64,000 nucleotides of DNA from Bacteroidales bacterium (GTDB lineage Bacteria; Bacteroidota; Bacteroidia; Bacteroidales; WCHB1-69): contig JAKSMI010000003.1 of NCBI GenBank assembly GCA_024400635.1, forward strand, positions 1,076-65,075. The letters are read 5' to 3'. The notes beneath the pieces were generated by a model. The model was not told the origin of the DNA. It saw only the letters and a program-made list of their open reading frames with translations, and did no database searches. Within the stretch, counting starts at the first letter, position 1. The number at the start of each line of letters is the position of its first letter. Below, piece after piece: positions 9,240-19,500 of this stretch. A program made the translations under genes and the position numbers.

Positions 9240-10175
9240 ATGGAAAAAGTAAAATGCCTTATCATAGGTTCTGGTCCAGCGGGATACACAGCTGGCATAT
9301 ATGCTTCAAGAGCGGGACTGAAGCCCGTCATTATTGAAGGAATGCAACCGGGTGGACAATTGACCATCACCAGCGAAGTGGAAAATTTTCCCGGTTATCC
9401 AACCGGACAGTCTGGTCCCAACATTATGGACGACATTCGTCAGCAATCCCTCAATGCGGGCAGCGACATTCGTCAAGGATTGGTGACCAAGGTTGACTTT
9501 TCAAAACGTCCCTTCCATTGTCTTGTGGATGATGAACACGAAATTGAAGCCGACACGGTCATTATTGCCACCGGTGCGACCGCTCGCTGGTTGGGTTTGG
9601 AAAGCGAAGCCCAATACCGCGGTTTCGGCGTTTCGGCCTGTGCCACCTGCGACGGTAATTTTTTCAAAGGACGCACCGTGGCCGTTATCGGTGGCGGCGA
9701 TACCGCCTTGGAAGAAGCCATGTATCTTTCCAATCTTTGTCAAAAAGTCTATCTGATTCACCGCCGTGACGCTTTTAGAGCTTCCCAAGCGATGCAGGAC
9801 AAGGTTTTCAACAAAGCCAACATCGACATCCAATGGAACAGCATTCCCGTGGAAATCATAGGCGAAAAGAAAGGATTCGTCAAGACGGTTACCGGAATCA
9901 AATTGCAAAACAAAGTGGATCAATCCGAAAAAATCCTTCCTCTTGACGGCATCTTCGTGGCCATTGGCGTTTCACCGGTTACCGAGCTGTTCAAGGGCCA
10001 AATCGACTTGGATGCCCAGGGCTATATCATCACCGACAAAGGCGGACGCACCAACATTGAAGGCGTGTTTGCCGCCGGCGACGTCCAGGATCCCCATTAC
10101 CGCCAAGCCATCACCGCTGCCGCATCTGGCTGTATCGCAGCTGTTGAAGCCGAACGCTTCCTCAATCAAAACTAA
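9240..10175 (+). CDS. trxB: thioredoxin-disulfide reductase
   Basis: [16 protein letters not shown] motif, redox-active [21 protein letters not shown] motif. 311 aa. Confidence 0.92.
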   Translation: MEKVKCLIIGSGPAGYTAGIYASRAGLKPVIIEGMQPGGQLTITSEVENFPGYPTGQSGPNIMDDIRQQSLNAGSDIRQGLVTKVDFSKRPFHCLVDDEHEIEADTVIIATGATARWLGLESEAQYRGFGVSACATCDGNFFKGRTVAVIGGGDTALEEAMYLSNLCQKVYLIHRRDAFRASQAMQDKVFNKANIDIQWNSIPVEIIGEKKGFVKTVTGIKLQNKVDQSEKILPLDGIFVAIGVSPVTELFKGQIDLDAQGYIITDKGGRTNIEGVFAAGDVQDPHYRQAITAAASGCIAAVEAERFLNQN

Positions 10176-10183
10176 ATTTTACT

Positions 10184-11623
10184 ATGGCTAATCAAAAACA
10201 AATAGAAGAACTAACCAACAAAGAATACGAATACGGCTTTGTATCCGATATCGATGTCGAAGAATTTCCCAAGGGATTGAATGAAGATATCGTTAGAATG
10301 ATTTCAAAGCGAAAGAACGAACCCGAATGGTTGCTTGAATTTCGACTCAAGGCCTTTCGGCACTGGCAAACCTTAGAAGAACCCGATTGGGGACATCTTT
10401 CTTTCAAAAAACCAAATTATCAAGACATAATATATTTGGCTATTCCTAAAAAGAAAAAGCAGTTGTCCTCGATGGACGAAGTGGATCCCGAACTGGTGAA
10501 GACGTTCAACAAACTGGGTATTTCATTGGAAGAGCAAAAGCAATTGGCCGGCGTGGCCGTTGATGCGGTCATCGACTCCGTATCCGTCAAAACCACTTTT
10601 TCAGAAACCCTTGAAAAGCAAGGTATCATCTTTTGTTCGTTTGGCGAAGCCATCAACAAGTATCCGGAATTAGTCAAAAAATACTTAGGCACCGTAGTAC
10701 CCAGCAACGACAACTTCTATGCGGCGTTAAACTCCGCCGTTTTCAGCGAAGGTTCTTTTTGTTATATTCCCAAAGGCGTGCGCTGTCCTATCGAGCTTTC
10801 CACCTATTTCCGTATCAACGCCGCCAACACAGGTCAGTTTGAACGCACGCTGCTGGTTGCAGACGAAGGCGCTTACGTGAGTTATATGGAAGGTTGCACC
10901 GCTCCCCAACGTGACGAAAATCAACTGCACGCCGCCGTCGTTGAACTCATTGCCCTCAAAGACGCGGAAATCAAGTATTCCACCGTTCAGAACTGGTATC
11001 CCGGTGACAAAAACGGCAACGGCGGAATTTATAATCTTGTGACTAAAAGAGGGTTATGCGAAGAAAATGCCAAGATTTCCTGGACCCAAGTCGAAACGGG
11101 TTCGGCCATCACCTGGAAATATCCGGGATGCGTGCTTCGGGGCGACAATGCCGTTGGAGAATTTTACTCCGTGGCCGTCACCAACAACTTCCAACAAGCG
11201 GATACGGGAACCAAAATGATTCATATCGGCAAAAACACCCGCAGCTTAATCGTTTCCAAGGGCATCTCCGCGGGAAAAAGCCAAAACAGTTATCGAGGTT
11301 TAGTCAAGGTTAACAAGCAGGCCACCAACAGTCGCAACTTCTCGCAATGCGACTCGTTGCTGATGGGCGACCAATGCGGGGCGCATACTTGGCCTTATAT
11401 CGAATGCCATAACAAGTCATCGGTGATGGAACACGAAGCCACCACCTCCAAGATTTCCGACGACCAGCTTTTCTACTGCCAACAGCGCGGCATCGACAAG
11501 GAAAGCGCCATCAGCTTGATTGTCAATGGATATGCAAAAGAAGTATTGAATAAATTACCAATGGAATTCGCCGTTGAAGCTCAGAAATTACTGAGTATCA
11601 GCCTCGAAGGAAGTGTTGGCTAA
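10184..11623 (+). CDS. sufB: Fe-S cluster assembly scaffold protein SufB
   Basis: 479 aa with characteristic SufB blocks ([57 protein letters not shown]). Confidence 0.92.
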   Translation: MANQKQIEELTNKEYEYGFVSDIDVEEFPKGLNEDIVRMISKRKNEPEWLLEFRLKAFRHWQTLEEPDWGHLSFKKPNYQDIIYLAIPKKKKQLSSMDEVDPELVKTFNKLGISLEEQKQLAGVAVDAVIDSVSVKTTFSETLEKQGIIFCSFGEAINKYPELVKKYLGTVVPSNDNFYAALNSAVFSEGSFCYIPKGVRCPIELSTYFRINAANTGQFERTLLVADEGAYVSYMEGCTAPQRDENQLHAAVVELIALKDAEIKYSTVQNWYPGDKNGNGGIYNLVTKRGLCEENAKISWTQVETGSAITWKYPGCVLRGDNAVGEFYSVAVTNNFQQADTGTKMIHIGKNTRSLIVSKGISAGKSQNSYRGLVKVNKQATNSRNFSQCDSLLMGDQCGAHTWPYIECHNKSSVMEHEATTSKISDDQLFYCQQRGIDKESAISLIVNGYAKEVLNKLPMEFAVEAQKLLSISLEGSVG

Positions 11624-11643
11624 AATATTACAAATTATATTTT

Positions 11644-14600
11644 ATGAATACACCTGATTTCCTATTTGAAACCAGTTGGGAGGTTTGCAACAAGGTTGGT
11701 GGCATTTACACCGTCCTCTCCACCAAGGCATTAACCGCTGTACAAAATTTCAAGAACAATTACATCTGCATTGGTCCGGATTTGTCACGCGAGGATGACG
11801 CTCGCCACGAATTTGTCGAGGATGCATCTTTATTCAAGAATTGGCGCCAACTTGCACAGTCTGAAGGGCTGAGAATCCGCATCGGTCGTTGGCAGATTAA
11901 CGGGAACCCCATTGTCATTTTGGTGGATTTCACTCCTTTCTTTGAGAAAAAGAATGATATTCTGACACAATTTTGGTTGGATTATAAATTGGATTCCATT
12001 TCTGGTCAGTGGGACTACATCGAGCCAGCATTGTTTGGCTACGCTGCCGGACGGGTCATTGAGAGCTTCTACCAGTTTTATTGTTCAGCGCAGGACCATA
12101 TCGTGGCTCATTTTCATGAATGGATGACGGGGACAGGCATTTTACATCTTCGCAAAGCAGCTCCTCAAGTAGCTACGGTTTTCACCACGCACGCCACCGT
12201 CCTTGGTCGCTGCATCGCTGGCAATGGTCTGCCGCTATATGGCAACATCCGCCAATATTCGCCACAAGATACTGCCAACAGCTTCGGGGTTCAATCAAAA
12301 TATTCTCTCGAATTGCTCTCAGCACTCACCGCCGACGCTTTTACAACGGTAAGTGATATCACCAATGTGGAATGTTCTGCCTTTTTCGATAAAGCTGTCG
12401 ATAAAGTTACCATCAACGGCTTTGAAAATCAATTTGTTCCAAAAGAAAACGAATACCAGAAGAAAAGGAAAGCAGCTCGCGAAAAACTCATCAATGTGGC
12501 TTCTGCCTTGACACAGCAAGCCATTGACGAAAACGCCCTTTTAGTCATCAATAGTGGCCGTTATGAATTCCATAACAAAGGCATAGACATGTTTATCAAA
12601 GGGTTAGCAGAGTTGTCGAAGAATGACCAATTGCAACGACAAGTCGTTGGATTCATCTCCGTACCCGCAGGAACCAATGGCAAACGCATCGATTTGTTGA
12701 ACAAACTCAGCCAACGCTCTTGGAGCGAAGCCATCACTGATGATTTTCTGACACATCCTTTATACGATATATCTCATGATCCCATTGTCAACAGTTTGAA
12801 AGAGAATGGACTGCATAATGCAGAAAGCCAGAAGGTTAAAATGGTTTTTGTACCTGTTTACCTCAATGGTGAAGATGGCATTTTTGACATGGATTACTAC
12901 GATTTCCTGACAGGTTTCGACGTGTCGGTATTTCCATCCTATTATGAGCCATGGGGTTATACACCTTTAGAAAGCATTGCTTTTGGCATACCAACAATTA
13001 CCAGTTCTCTGGCTGGTTTCGGACAATGGGTAGCTCGCAATTTTCAAAACCAAAAGTCGGTTGTCGTTGTCGAACGTAATGATGACAATGAAAGACAGGT
13101 GGCTACCGACATCGCCAATGCCGTGGCCAATTATGCTTCGCAAGATGGAACTGCCATGCGGGATATCCGTCGTCAGGCAATGGAAATAGCTCAGAAAGCA
13201 TTATGGAAAAATCTGTATGACAATTATTTAGATAGTTATAACATTGCTCTTTCCCGTAGCCAGCAGCGCGAGGATTTGTACAGCAATAAAGTGTCAAAGA
13301 TTGGGCTTTGGGTTGAAAAAATCAAAAAGCCAGAACCCATTTGGTATCGCATGTCCGTGAAATCGAAATTGCCGGAAGCGCTGCTGAAATTGGAAGAATT
13401 GTCTAAAAACTTATGGTGGAGTTGGAATTACGAAGCCCGCGAACTATTTGAGGAAGCCGCCGGCATCGAACGCTGGAAACAATATGATGAAAATCCTGTG
13501 TACCTACTTCAGGAATTACCTCATTCATGCATAGAAAAATTGCTTAAAAATCAACAATATATTGAAAAGTTAAATCGCGTTTATACTGATTTTCAGCAAT
13601 ATATGAATAAAAAGAGCCATCGAAGCGAAGATCAGGTGGCCTATTTCAGTATGGAATTCGGCATCAGCAACGAACTGAAAATTTTCTCTGGCGGTTTGGG
13701 AATGTTAGCTGGAGATTACCTCAAAGAAGCCAGCGATTGCAATGTCAATATGGTTGGTGTGGGACTGCTATACCGTTATGGCTACTTCACCCAGCAAATT
13801 TCCTCACTCGGCGACCAAGTGAACCTATACCCTGCCCAAAGTTTTTCAAAATTGCCCATCACTCCTTTTAAAGATGCTAACGGCCAATGGGTTACCATTA
13901 GTTTGGCTTTACCGGGAAGAAACTTGTATGCTCGCATTTGGCGTGTCGATGTTGGACGAATTCCACTTTATCTTCTCGACACCGATTTTGCGGACAATAA
14001 CGAGGAAGACCGCAAAACCACCAATGCTTTATATGGCGGGGACAACGAAAATCGTCTGAAACAGGAAATCCTGCTCGGCATTGGCGGCATGAGAATGTTG
14101 CAAATTTTGGGCATCAAGCCCACCATCTTCCACCTGAATGAAGGTCACGCCGCATTTCTGAATCTTGAACGTTTGCGCCGTCTGATGGAAGATCGGAACA
14201 TCTCTTTCACCACGGCGGTCGAGGTAATTCGCAGTTCGTCACTCTTCACGACACACACACCTGTTCCAGCTGGACACGACAGCTTCAGCGAAGACTTGAT
14301 GCGACGCTATTTCTCGTTCTATCCTGACAAGTACAATATTTCCTGGCAGGCATTCATGGGCCTGGGACGCGCCAATATTGATGCTACCAACGACAAGTTC
14401 TCGATGAGCATCCTGGCTTGCAAACTGTCGCAGGAAGTCAATGGCGTCAGTGCCATTCACGGTCGAGTGAGTCGCGAAATGTTTGCCAATCTATACGAGG
14501 GTCATCTTCCTGAAGAACTACACATCAGCCACGTTACCAACGGAGTGCATTATCCGACATGGACCCACAAAAAATGGCAGAAATTTCATGCCCATGTTTT

Positions 14601-15870
14601 TGGCAATGGATTTCTATCCAATCAGTCTGACGAAAATTGGTGGAAGAAAATTTATGATGTCGATGACGCTGAAATCTGGAAAATCAAAGATGATTTGCGC
14701 GGTGAAATGATTGATGCCATCAAACTTCGTTTGGAAGGACAAATGCGCCGCCGCAACGAATCTCCAGCACTGATTGTCAGCACTTTGAAATCAATCCGAA
14801 AGGATGTGCTGACCATCGGTTTTGCTCGTCGCTTTGCCACCTATAAACGGGCACACCTGCTGTTTACCAACGAAGAAAAACTCAATCGCCTGCTGAACAA
14901 CCCGGACCTGCCGATGCAGTTCATATTTGCTGGCAAAGCCCACCCTCACGACAAAGCTGGTCAGGATTTAATCAAGCGCATCATCGAATTTTCACGAAAA
15001 CCCCAGTTTATCGGGAAAATCATCTTCGTTGAAAATTACGATATCATTCTGGCAAAAAAATTAGTGTCAGGCTGTGATGTCTGGATGAATACGCCGACAC
15101 GCCCCTTGGAAGCCTCAGGAACCAGTGGTGAAAAAGCCGTGATGAATGGCGTTCTCAACCTGAGCGTGCTTGACGGCTGGTGGGCTGAAGGTTACAAACC
15201 TGGCGCAGGCTGGGCAATCAACGAATTGCAAACCTATACCGACAATCGCTTGCAAGACGAACTCGATGCTGCCACAATTTATTCACTGCTCGAAGACGAA
15301 ATCGCACCCTGCTTCTACCGCCGTGACGACAAGAATATTGCACACGACTGGGTGGCAATGATGAAGAATTGCTTCTTTAAGATTTCGCCTCATTTTACCA
15401 TGAAACGTCAACTTGATGATTATTACGACAAATTCTACAGAAAACTCGAATGTAGATATAAAACTTTGTCTAATAATAATTTGGAAAATGCCGTCAAACT
15501 GCTCCGCTGGAAAGAAAAAGTCATTTCCGGTTGGGAAAGTTTGGAAGTCGCCGGCGTGGAAAGATTTTCATCAGAGGATGGATTTTGCATTCTGGGTGAG
15601 AAATTCACGCAAACAGTGGATATGAAACTGGGCATTCTCAATCCTGATGACATTAAAATAGAAGTATTGGGTGTCAAAAACTTACAGAACGGACATCGCG
15701 ATTTTAGAAAACAGAAACTGGATTTTATTGAAATGCGTGATGGTAATGCAAGATATGCTTGCACCATTGAGCCTCAGGATGCCGGCGTATGGGATTATGC
15801 CATCCGTGTAATACCCTCCAACGCCTTGCTTCCCCACGATATGGATTTCAATCTTGTAAAGTGGATATAA
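11644..15870 (+). CDS. fusion protein: GT3 (eukaryote-type) glycogen synthase at residues 1 to about 560, plus GT35 alpha-glucan phosphorylase at about 570-1408
   Basis: N-terminus FETSWEVCNKVGGIYTVLSTKA is the GT3 glycogen synthase signature. The C-terminal half has NLWWSWN, the phosphorylase core and the PLP-lysine block EASGTSGEKAVMNG. One uninterrupted 1408-codon ORF. Confidence 0.85.
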   Translation: MNTPDFLFETSWEVCNKVGGIYTVLSTKALTAVQNFKNNYICIGPDLSREDDARHEFVEDASLFKNWRQLAQSEGLRIRIGRWQINGNPIVILVDFTPFFEKKNDILTQFWLDYKLDSISGQWDYIEPALFGYAAGRVIESFYQFYCSAQDHIVAHFHEWMTGTGILHLRKAAPQVATVFTTHATVLGRCIAGNGLPLYGNIRQYSPQDTANSFGVQSKYSLELLSALTADAFTTVSDITNVECSAFFDKAVDKVTINGFENQFVPKENEYQKKRKAAREKLINVASALTQQAIDENALLVINSGRYEFHNKGIDMFIKGLAELSKNDQLQRQVVGFISVPAGTNGKRIDLLNKLSQRSWSEAITDDFLTHPLYDISHDPIVNSLKENGLHNAESQKVKMVFVPVYLNGEDGIFDMDYYDFLTGFDVSVFPSYYEPWGYTPLESIAFGIPTITSSLAGFGQWVARNFQNQKSVVVVERNDDNERQVATDIANAVANYASQDGTAMRDIRRQAMEIAQKALWKNLYDNYLDSYNIALSRSQQREDLYSNKVSKIGLWVEKIKKPEPIWYRMSVKSKLPEALLKLEELSKNLWWSWNYEARELFEEAAGIERWKQYDENPVYLLQELPHSCIEKLLKNQQYIEKLNRVYTDFQQYMNKKSHRSEDQVAYFSMEFGISNELKIFSGGLGMLAGDYLKEASDCNVNMVGVGLLYRYGYFTQQISSLGDQVNLYPAQSFSKLPITPFKDANGQWVTISLALPGRNLYARIWRVDVGRIPLYLLDTDFADNNEEDRKTTNALYGGDNENRLKQEILLGIGGMRMLQILGIKPTIFHLNEGHAAFLNLERLRRLMEDRNISFTTAVEVIRSSSLFTTHTPVPAGHDSFSEDLMRRYFSFYPDKYNISWQAFMGLGRANIDATNDKFSMSILACKLSQEVNGVSAIHGRVSREMFANLYEGHLPEELHISHVTNGVHYPTWTHKKWQKFHAHVFGNGFLSNQSDENWWKKIYDVDDAEIWKIKDDLRGEMIDAIKLRLEGQMRRRNESPALIVSTLKSIRKDVLTIGFARRFATYKRAHLLFTNEEKLNRLLNNPDLPMQFIFAGKAHPHDKAGQDLIKRIIEFSRKPQFIGKIIFVENYDIILAKKLVSGCDVWMNTPTRPLEASGTSGEKAVMNGVLNLSVLDGWWAEGYKPGAGWAINELQTYTDNRLQDELDAATIYSLLEDEIAPCFYRRDDKNIAHDWVAMMKNCFFKISPHFTMKRQLDDYYDKFYRKLECRYKTLSNNNLENAVKLLRWKEKVISGWESLEVAGVERFSSEDGFCILGEKFTQTVDMKLGILNPDDIKIEVLGVKNLQNGHRDFRKQKLDFIEMRDGNARYACTIEPQDAGVWDYAIRVIPSNALLPHDMDFNLVKWI

Positions 15871-15932
15871 ATGGTGACCTATGGCTAATGCAGACTGAAA
15901 AGCCAATGATTCCAGCTCAATGGCTCCGCCTC

Positions 15933-15974
15933 TTTAGTTGTTTAATTGTTTAGTTGTTGAGTTGTTTAATAGTT
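15933..15974 (+). repeat. 8-bp-periodic A/T-rich microsatellite (TTARTTGT-like units)
   Basis: tttagttg tttaattg tttagttg ttgagttg tttaatag. It directly abuts GC-rich element copy B, just as the 601-647 array abuts copy A. Confidence 0.75.
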
Positions 15975-16215
15975 CTACCTGAAAGGCAGTGTTTGAGTAA
16001 CCGATTGCAGCGACGAAGGAGCTGTTGTTGGCATTGTGACGGTGAGGCAGCGGTGTCTGAAGGGCAGTATTTGAGTAACCGATTGCAGCGACGAAGGAGC
16101 TGTTGTTGGCATTGTGACGGTGAGGCAGCGGTGTCTGAAAGACACCACAACATAGTAACCGGGGACGAAGTCTCCGGTGGAAGTGGCGTTGTGGCATCTC
16201 TTGCCTGAAAGGCAA
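15975..16215 (+). repeat. GC-rich multi-hairpin intergenic element, copy B, with an internal 78-bp tandem duplication
   Basis: 78-bp units start at 15979 and 16057, and a third truncated unit starts at 16135. Ends with ggtgtc-tgaaa-gacacc, ccggggac-gaa-gtctccgg and ttgcc-tgaaa-ggcaa hairpins. Confidence 0.9.
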
Positions 16216-16437
16216 TACCATTTCCTGATACTTTCTTTGAGACCCAAAGAAAGTATCGCAAAGAAAGGTTTCCCGCTGAACAAGCCTTTGCTACAAATCG
16301 GGCAGTTGCAGGCTAAACGCAGAAACTCGCAGGCTCCACTCCGTTCCGCCTGCTCAAACAGTCTGCGTTCTTAACGCCTTCACCCGCCACGATTTGTCAC
16401 GCAAAGCGCTTGTAAGGCGGAGGATATAAATGGGGTG

Positions 16438-16494
16438 TTGGAGGTGCTGCCGGCATTGTGACGACAAGACAGCGGTGTCTTTCAGACACCGCTG
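16438..16494 (+). repeat. GC-rich element, partial copy C, with flipped hairpin loop
   Basis: The string aggaggtgctgccggcattgtg is identical to copy A. The hairpin cagcggtgtc-tttca-gacaccgctg (16470-16494) has its loop inverted relative to the other copies. Confidence 0.8.
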
Positions 16495-16500
16495 GATCAT

Positions 16501-16533
16501 AAAAAAAGTCCCGCTCTATAATAGAACGGGACT
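16501..16533 (-). terminator. intrinsic terminator of the 2305-aa gene
   Basis: On the minus strand, agtcccg-N13-cgggact is followed by a U7 run, 24 nt after the stop codon. Confidence 0.75.
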
Positions 16534-16556
16534 TATATTCATACATATTGTTTCTG

Positions 16557-19500
16557 TTATTCAGGATCAACCTCTGGTATCTCATATACTTGAACACAAC
16601 GTACGCTGAGACCTGCCGTCTTTGGATTGAGAATCTCTATCCACTTGTAGCAATGACAGTCGGCTTCGAAAGTTCTAACTTGTCCATCAGTAGAAAGGTC
16701 TGATGACCAGAAGTAGGTGTTACCCAAAAGGTTTTCACAACGGTCTAAGATACTGTTATAACAACCTGCAGGAAGCAAGGTGAAGTCAGTGGTATTGGTA
16801 CCATCGTGTACTAACCAATATTCGGAAGTTCTTAATGTTCTAACATCAATACCCAACATTTTTTCAAATTGAGCGGCATTGGGAACAACCCAACCTTCAG
16901 GACATACACCTTGTACCATTTCACCAGCGTTTTCAGGAACGGTATTATTAACGGTGGCATTCCAAGTGTATAACAAACCAAAGGTCTGGGCATTCTGTGC
17001 AGAATCTGGATATGCCTCATTGCCTTGGTATGCTCTTACATCAGGAACATCAGTACCATCGGCATAATGGGTAGTTCTGAGGTTTTCTTTCATCCAGCAG
17101 TTAAAGCCAATACGAACCGTACCATATACATTTCCATCAATATCGGTTACGGTATGGTCTTCGCCGCAAGGAGGAAGTAACAAGGTAATCTCTTGACTAC
17201 ATTCGTGGGCTGTTCCACAAATATCAGTCACTTGCCAATAAATAGTAGTATTAGGATTATCGACACTTGGAACAAAGACGGAATCCGTTGGCTGATGCCA
17301 AGCTTCTGTAGTATTACGACGATACAAGACAGAGGCAATCATATTTTGAGGAAGCGTATCTTCATTATGAAGCACGGGAGGAGTAATTAATGAATCGGCA
17401 TGCAAGAAATAATCGCCATAATTCATAACATAAGTCGCAGGGCTACAAGACAAATCATCACCTTCAAGATTATAGACCACAATGTTGACACTATCAAGTG
17501 TAGTACAACCATTTTGGTTCACCGTAAGATAATGCATTTTTGAATGGGTCGCTTCAATGGCATCATAATCTAAGGTGTAGATTGAAGTATCAGTTTTGGA
17601 AGCGATAGGACCATCAACGGTTGACCAGATGACACGGTTGGCTTCTGGAACCAAGACGAAATTCAAACCATTCGTATCGATTTGGAATTGCATTTCTGTA
17701 CCTTGGCAAACGGTATCGGCACCTAAGGTAATATTCCATTTAGGTTGCCTACGTACAGTAATAACACCTGTCTTCTGCAAAGGAGCCGCAGGACAACGTA
17801 CATCTGACAATGCTTCTACCATATAACGCGCAGAAGGGACATCGGTCAAAGTACCGCCCATCGTAATAGTGCCTTCTCCGTTGTCGTTGAAGATGACACC
17901 GGCAGGTTTAACATTGCCTTCGGTTAACCAAGTGAAGCTGTATGAAGCGGCATTTTCAATAAGAATTTCGTTGTCAATTTGAACGTCACCGCAAATACCG
18001 TGATCAAGAGAACCGCGAACGTAGGTGATGGTAGGCTGCTTAATCACTTCTACATCAAAGGTCCAAGTGCTGTCGCAATAAGTGATTTGATCCACTGCCC
18101 TGATGGTATAAGTGGTTGTAGTATCAGGATAAATAGTCAATTCTGTGTTACCATCGAATGCGGTTTCTACAGAAGTATTTTCGTTCAAGAGATAGAACTT
18201 CAGATAGTCATCATCCCCTTGACAAGCAAAGGTTACGCCTTCACCTTCACAGATTTCATTATCGCTGCACGTTTGGGCACTACCATCCAAGGTGGTCAAG
18301 GCAGGACGATCAGCCCAAATCATCAAGTTGTCAACTGTAATATAAGAAGGAATGTATTTAGAACCTTTTAAAGTTCCGCAATCTTGCGTATTACCCGGAG
18401 TTCCGCCAGTGAATTCAAGTTTAAGATACAATCCCTCTTTTTCAAGTGAAGCTATGGATGACAGGTCAAATTCTGCCACCGACCAATCGGTTCCGTCGAT
18501 AGTCTTAGAACCCAAGTTGGTATAACTATCACCCTCCGCAAATTTGTAACTATAATTTACGTTATTAAAAGCAGAGCCTCCATTGTTGTTGTCGCGTTTA
18601 TAATCAAATTTCAGTTTTAAGTTATTATAGTTTTCAGGGTTCAATTTGATTTCAAAATAAACGCCATCAAAATATGTATAAGTAGGCGTAACTAAGAATC
18701 CAGAACATGAACTTGACAAATTCGCCCAACGCAACGCTCCATTGTTTCCGCCATCGGAATAACAATAGTCGGCAGATGGCGCATGACCCGTCACATTGTC
18801 AAATTCGGAAGTTTCATGCACAGCAAACTTAGCACCAACCGTTCTCGCGCCACAAGTGGGCTTGAAATTATTGACACCCGTATTCATATCCCAGGCAGTC
18901 AAAATCACGTTGCTTTCAGAAGAAAGAATTTGTTGTACGCTATTGGTAATCACCGTAACACGGTAAATACTGTCGCAACCGGTTGAACACTTCCAATCTT
19001 CAGGTGAAATCAAATATTCCACACCTTCTTCGGTTGGGGTGAAGTTGAAACCAAAATCGGTATAACTTTCGCCCAAGCAGAGGTAAGCCACCACGGTGGT
19101 GTCGAATGCCTTGCGTACATCCAACATTAATGTAATAACGCTATCGCAAGGATTGGTTTCGGAAGGAATACTCAATTGGCATTCGTGCAAACCCACTTCA
19201 CGCAATTCTTCTACCGAAGGAGTTACGATAAACATACCTGGAACATATTCACACTCATCAGTAAAAGTAATATTGGCCACCTGATCCACTTCATTGGAGC
19301 AAACATAACCGTTACGGACGATGTCCAAACGATAGGCCGGACGAATACCCACTACATCCAAAGTATCGGAAAGAATACATTCTCCTTCACCCACGCTGAC
19401 CACATATTGGAAATCACCTTCAGGAATATTTCCTTCATCGGTAATAATATAATCGTGACCTTCCAATGGAGTACTTGCTCCATTAAATATTCGTTCCCAA

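Noticed and set aside
15975-16215. CRISPR-like array (repeated 78-bp units; also the octamer arrays at 601-647 and 9121-9190)
   Set aside because: The units are directly adjacent with no unique spacers. The unit sizes (8 bp and 78 bp) do not fit CRISPR repeats, and there are no cas genes.
16960-17067. Possible diversity-generating retroelement template/variable-repeat pair, because lectin-like C-terminal domains are classic DGR targets and a near-identical 108-bp block is shared with 26789-26896
   Set aside because: The single mismatch and the flanking differences are not adenine-specific. No reverse transcriptase or accessory gene is present in the window, and both copies lie inside long ORFs. 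Ordinary gene conversion explains the block.
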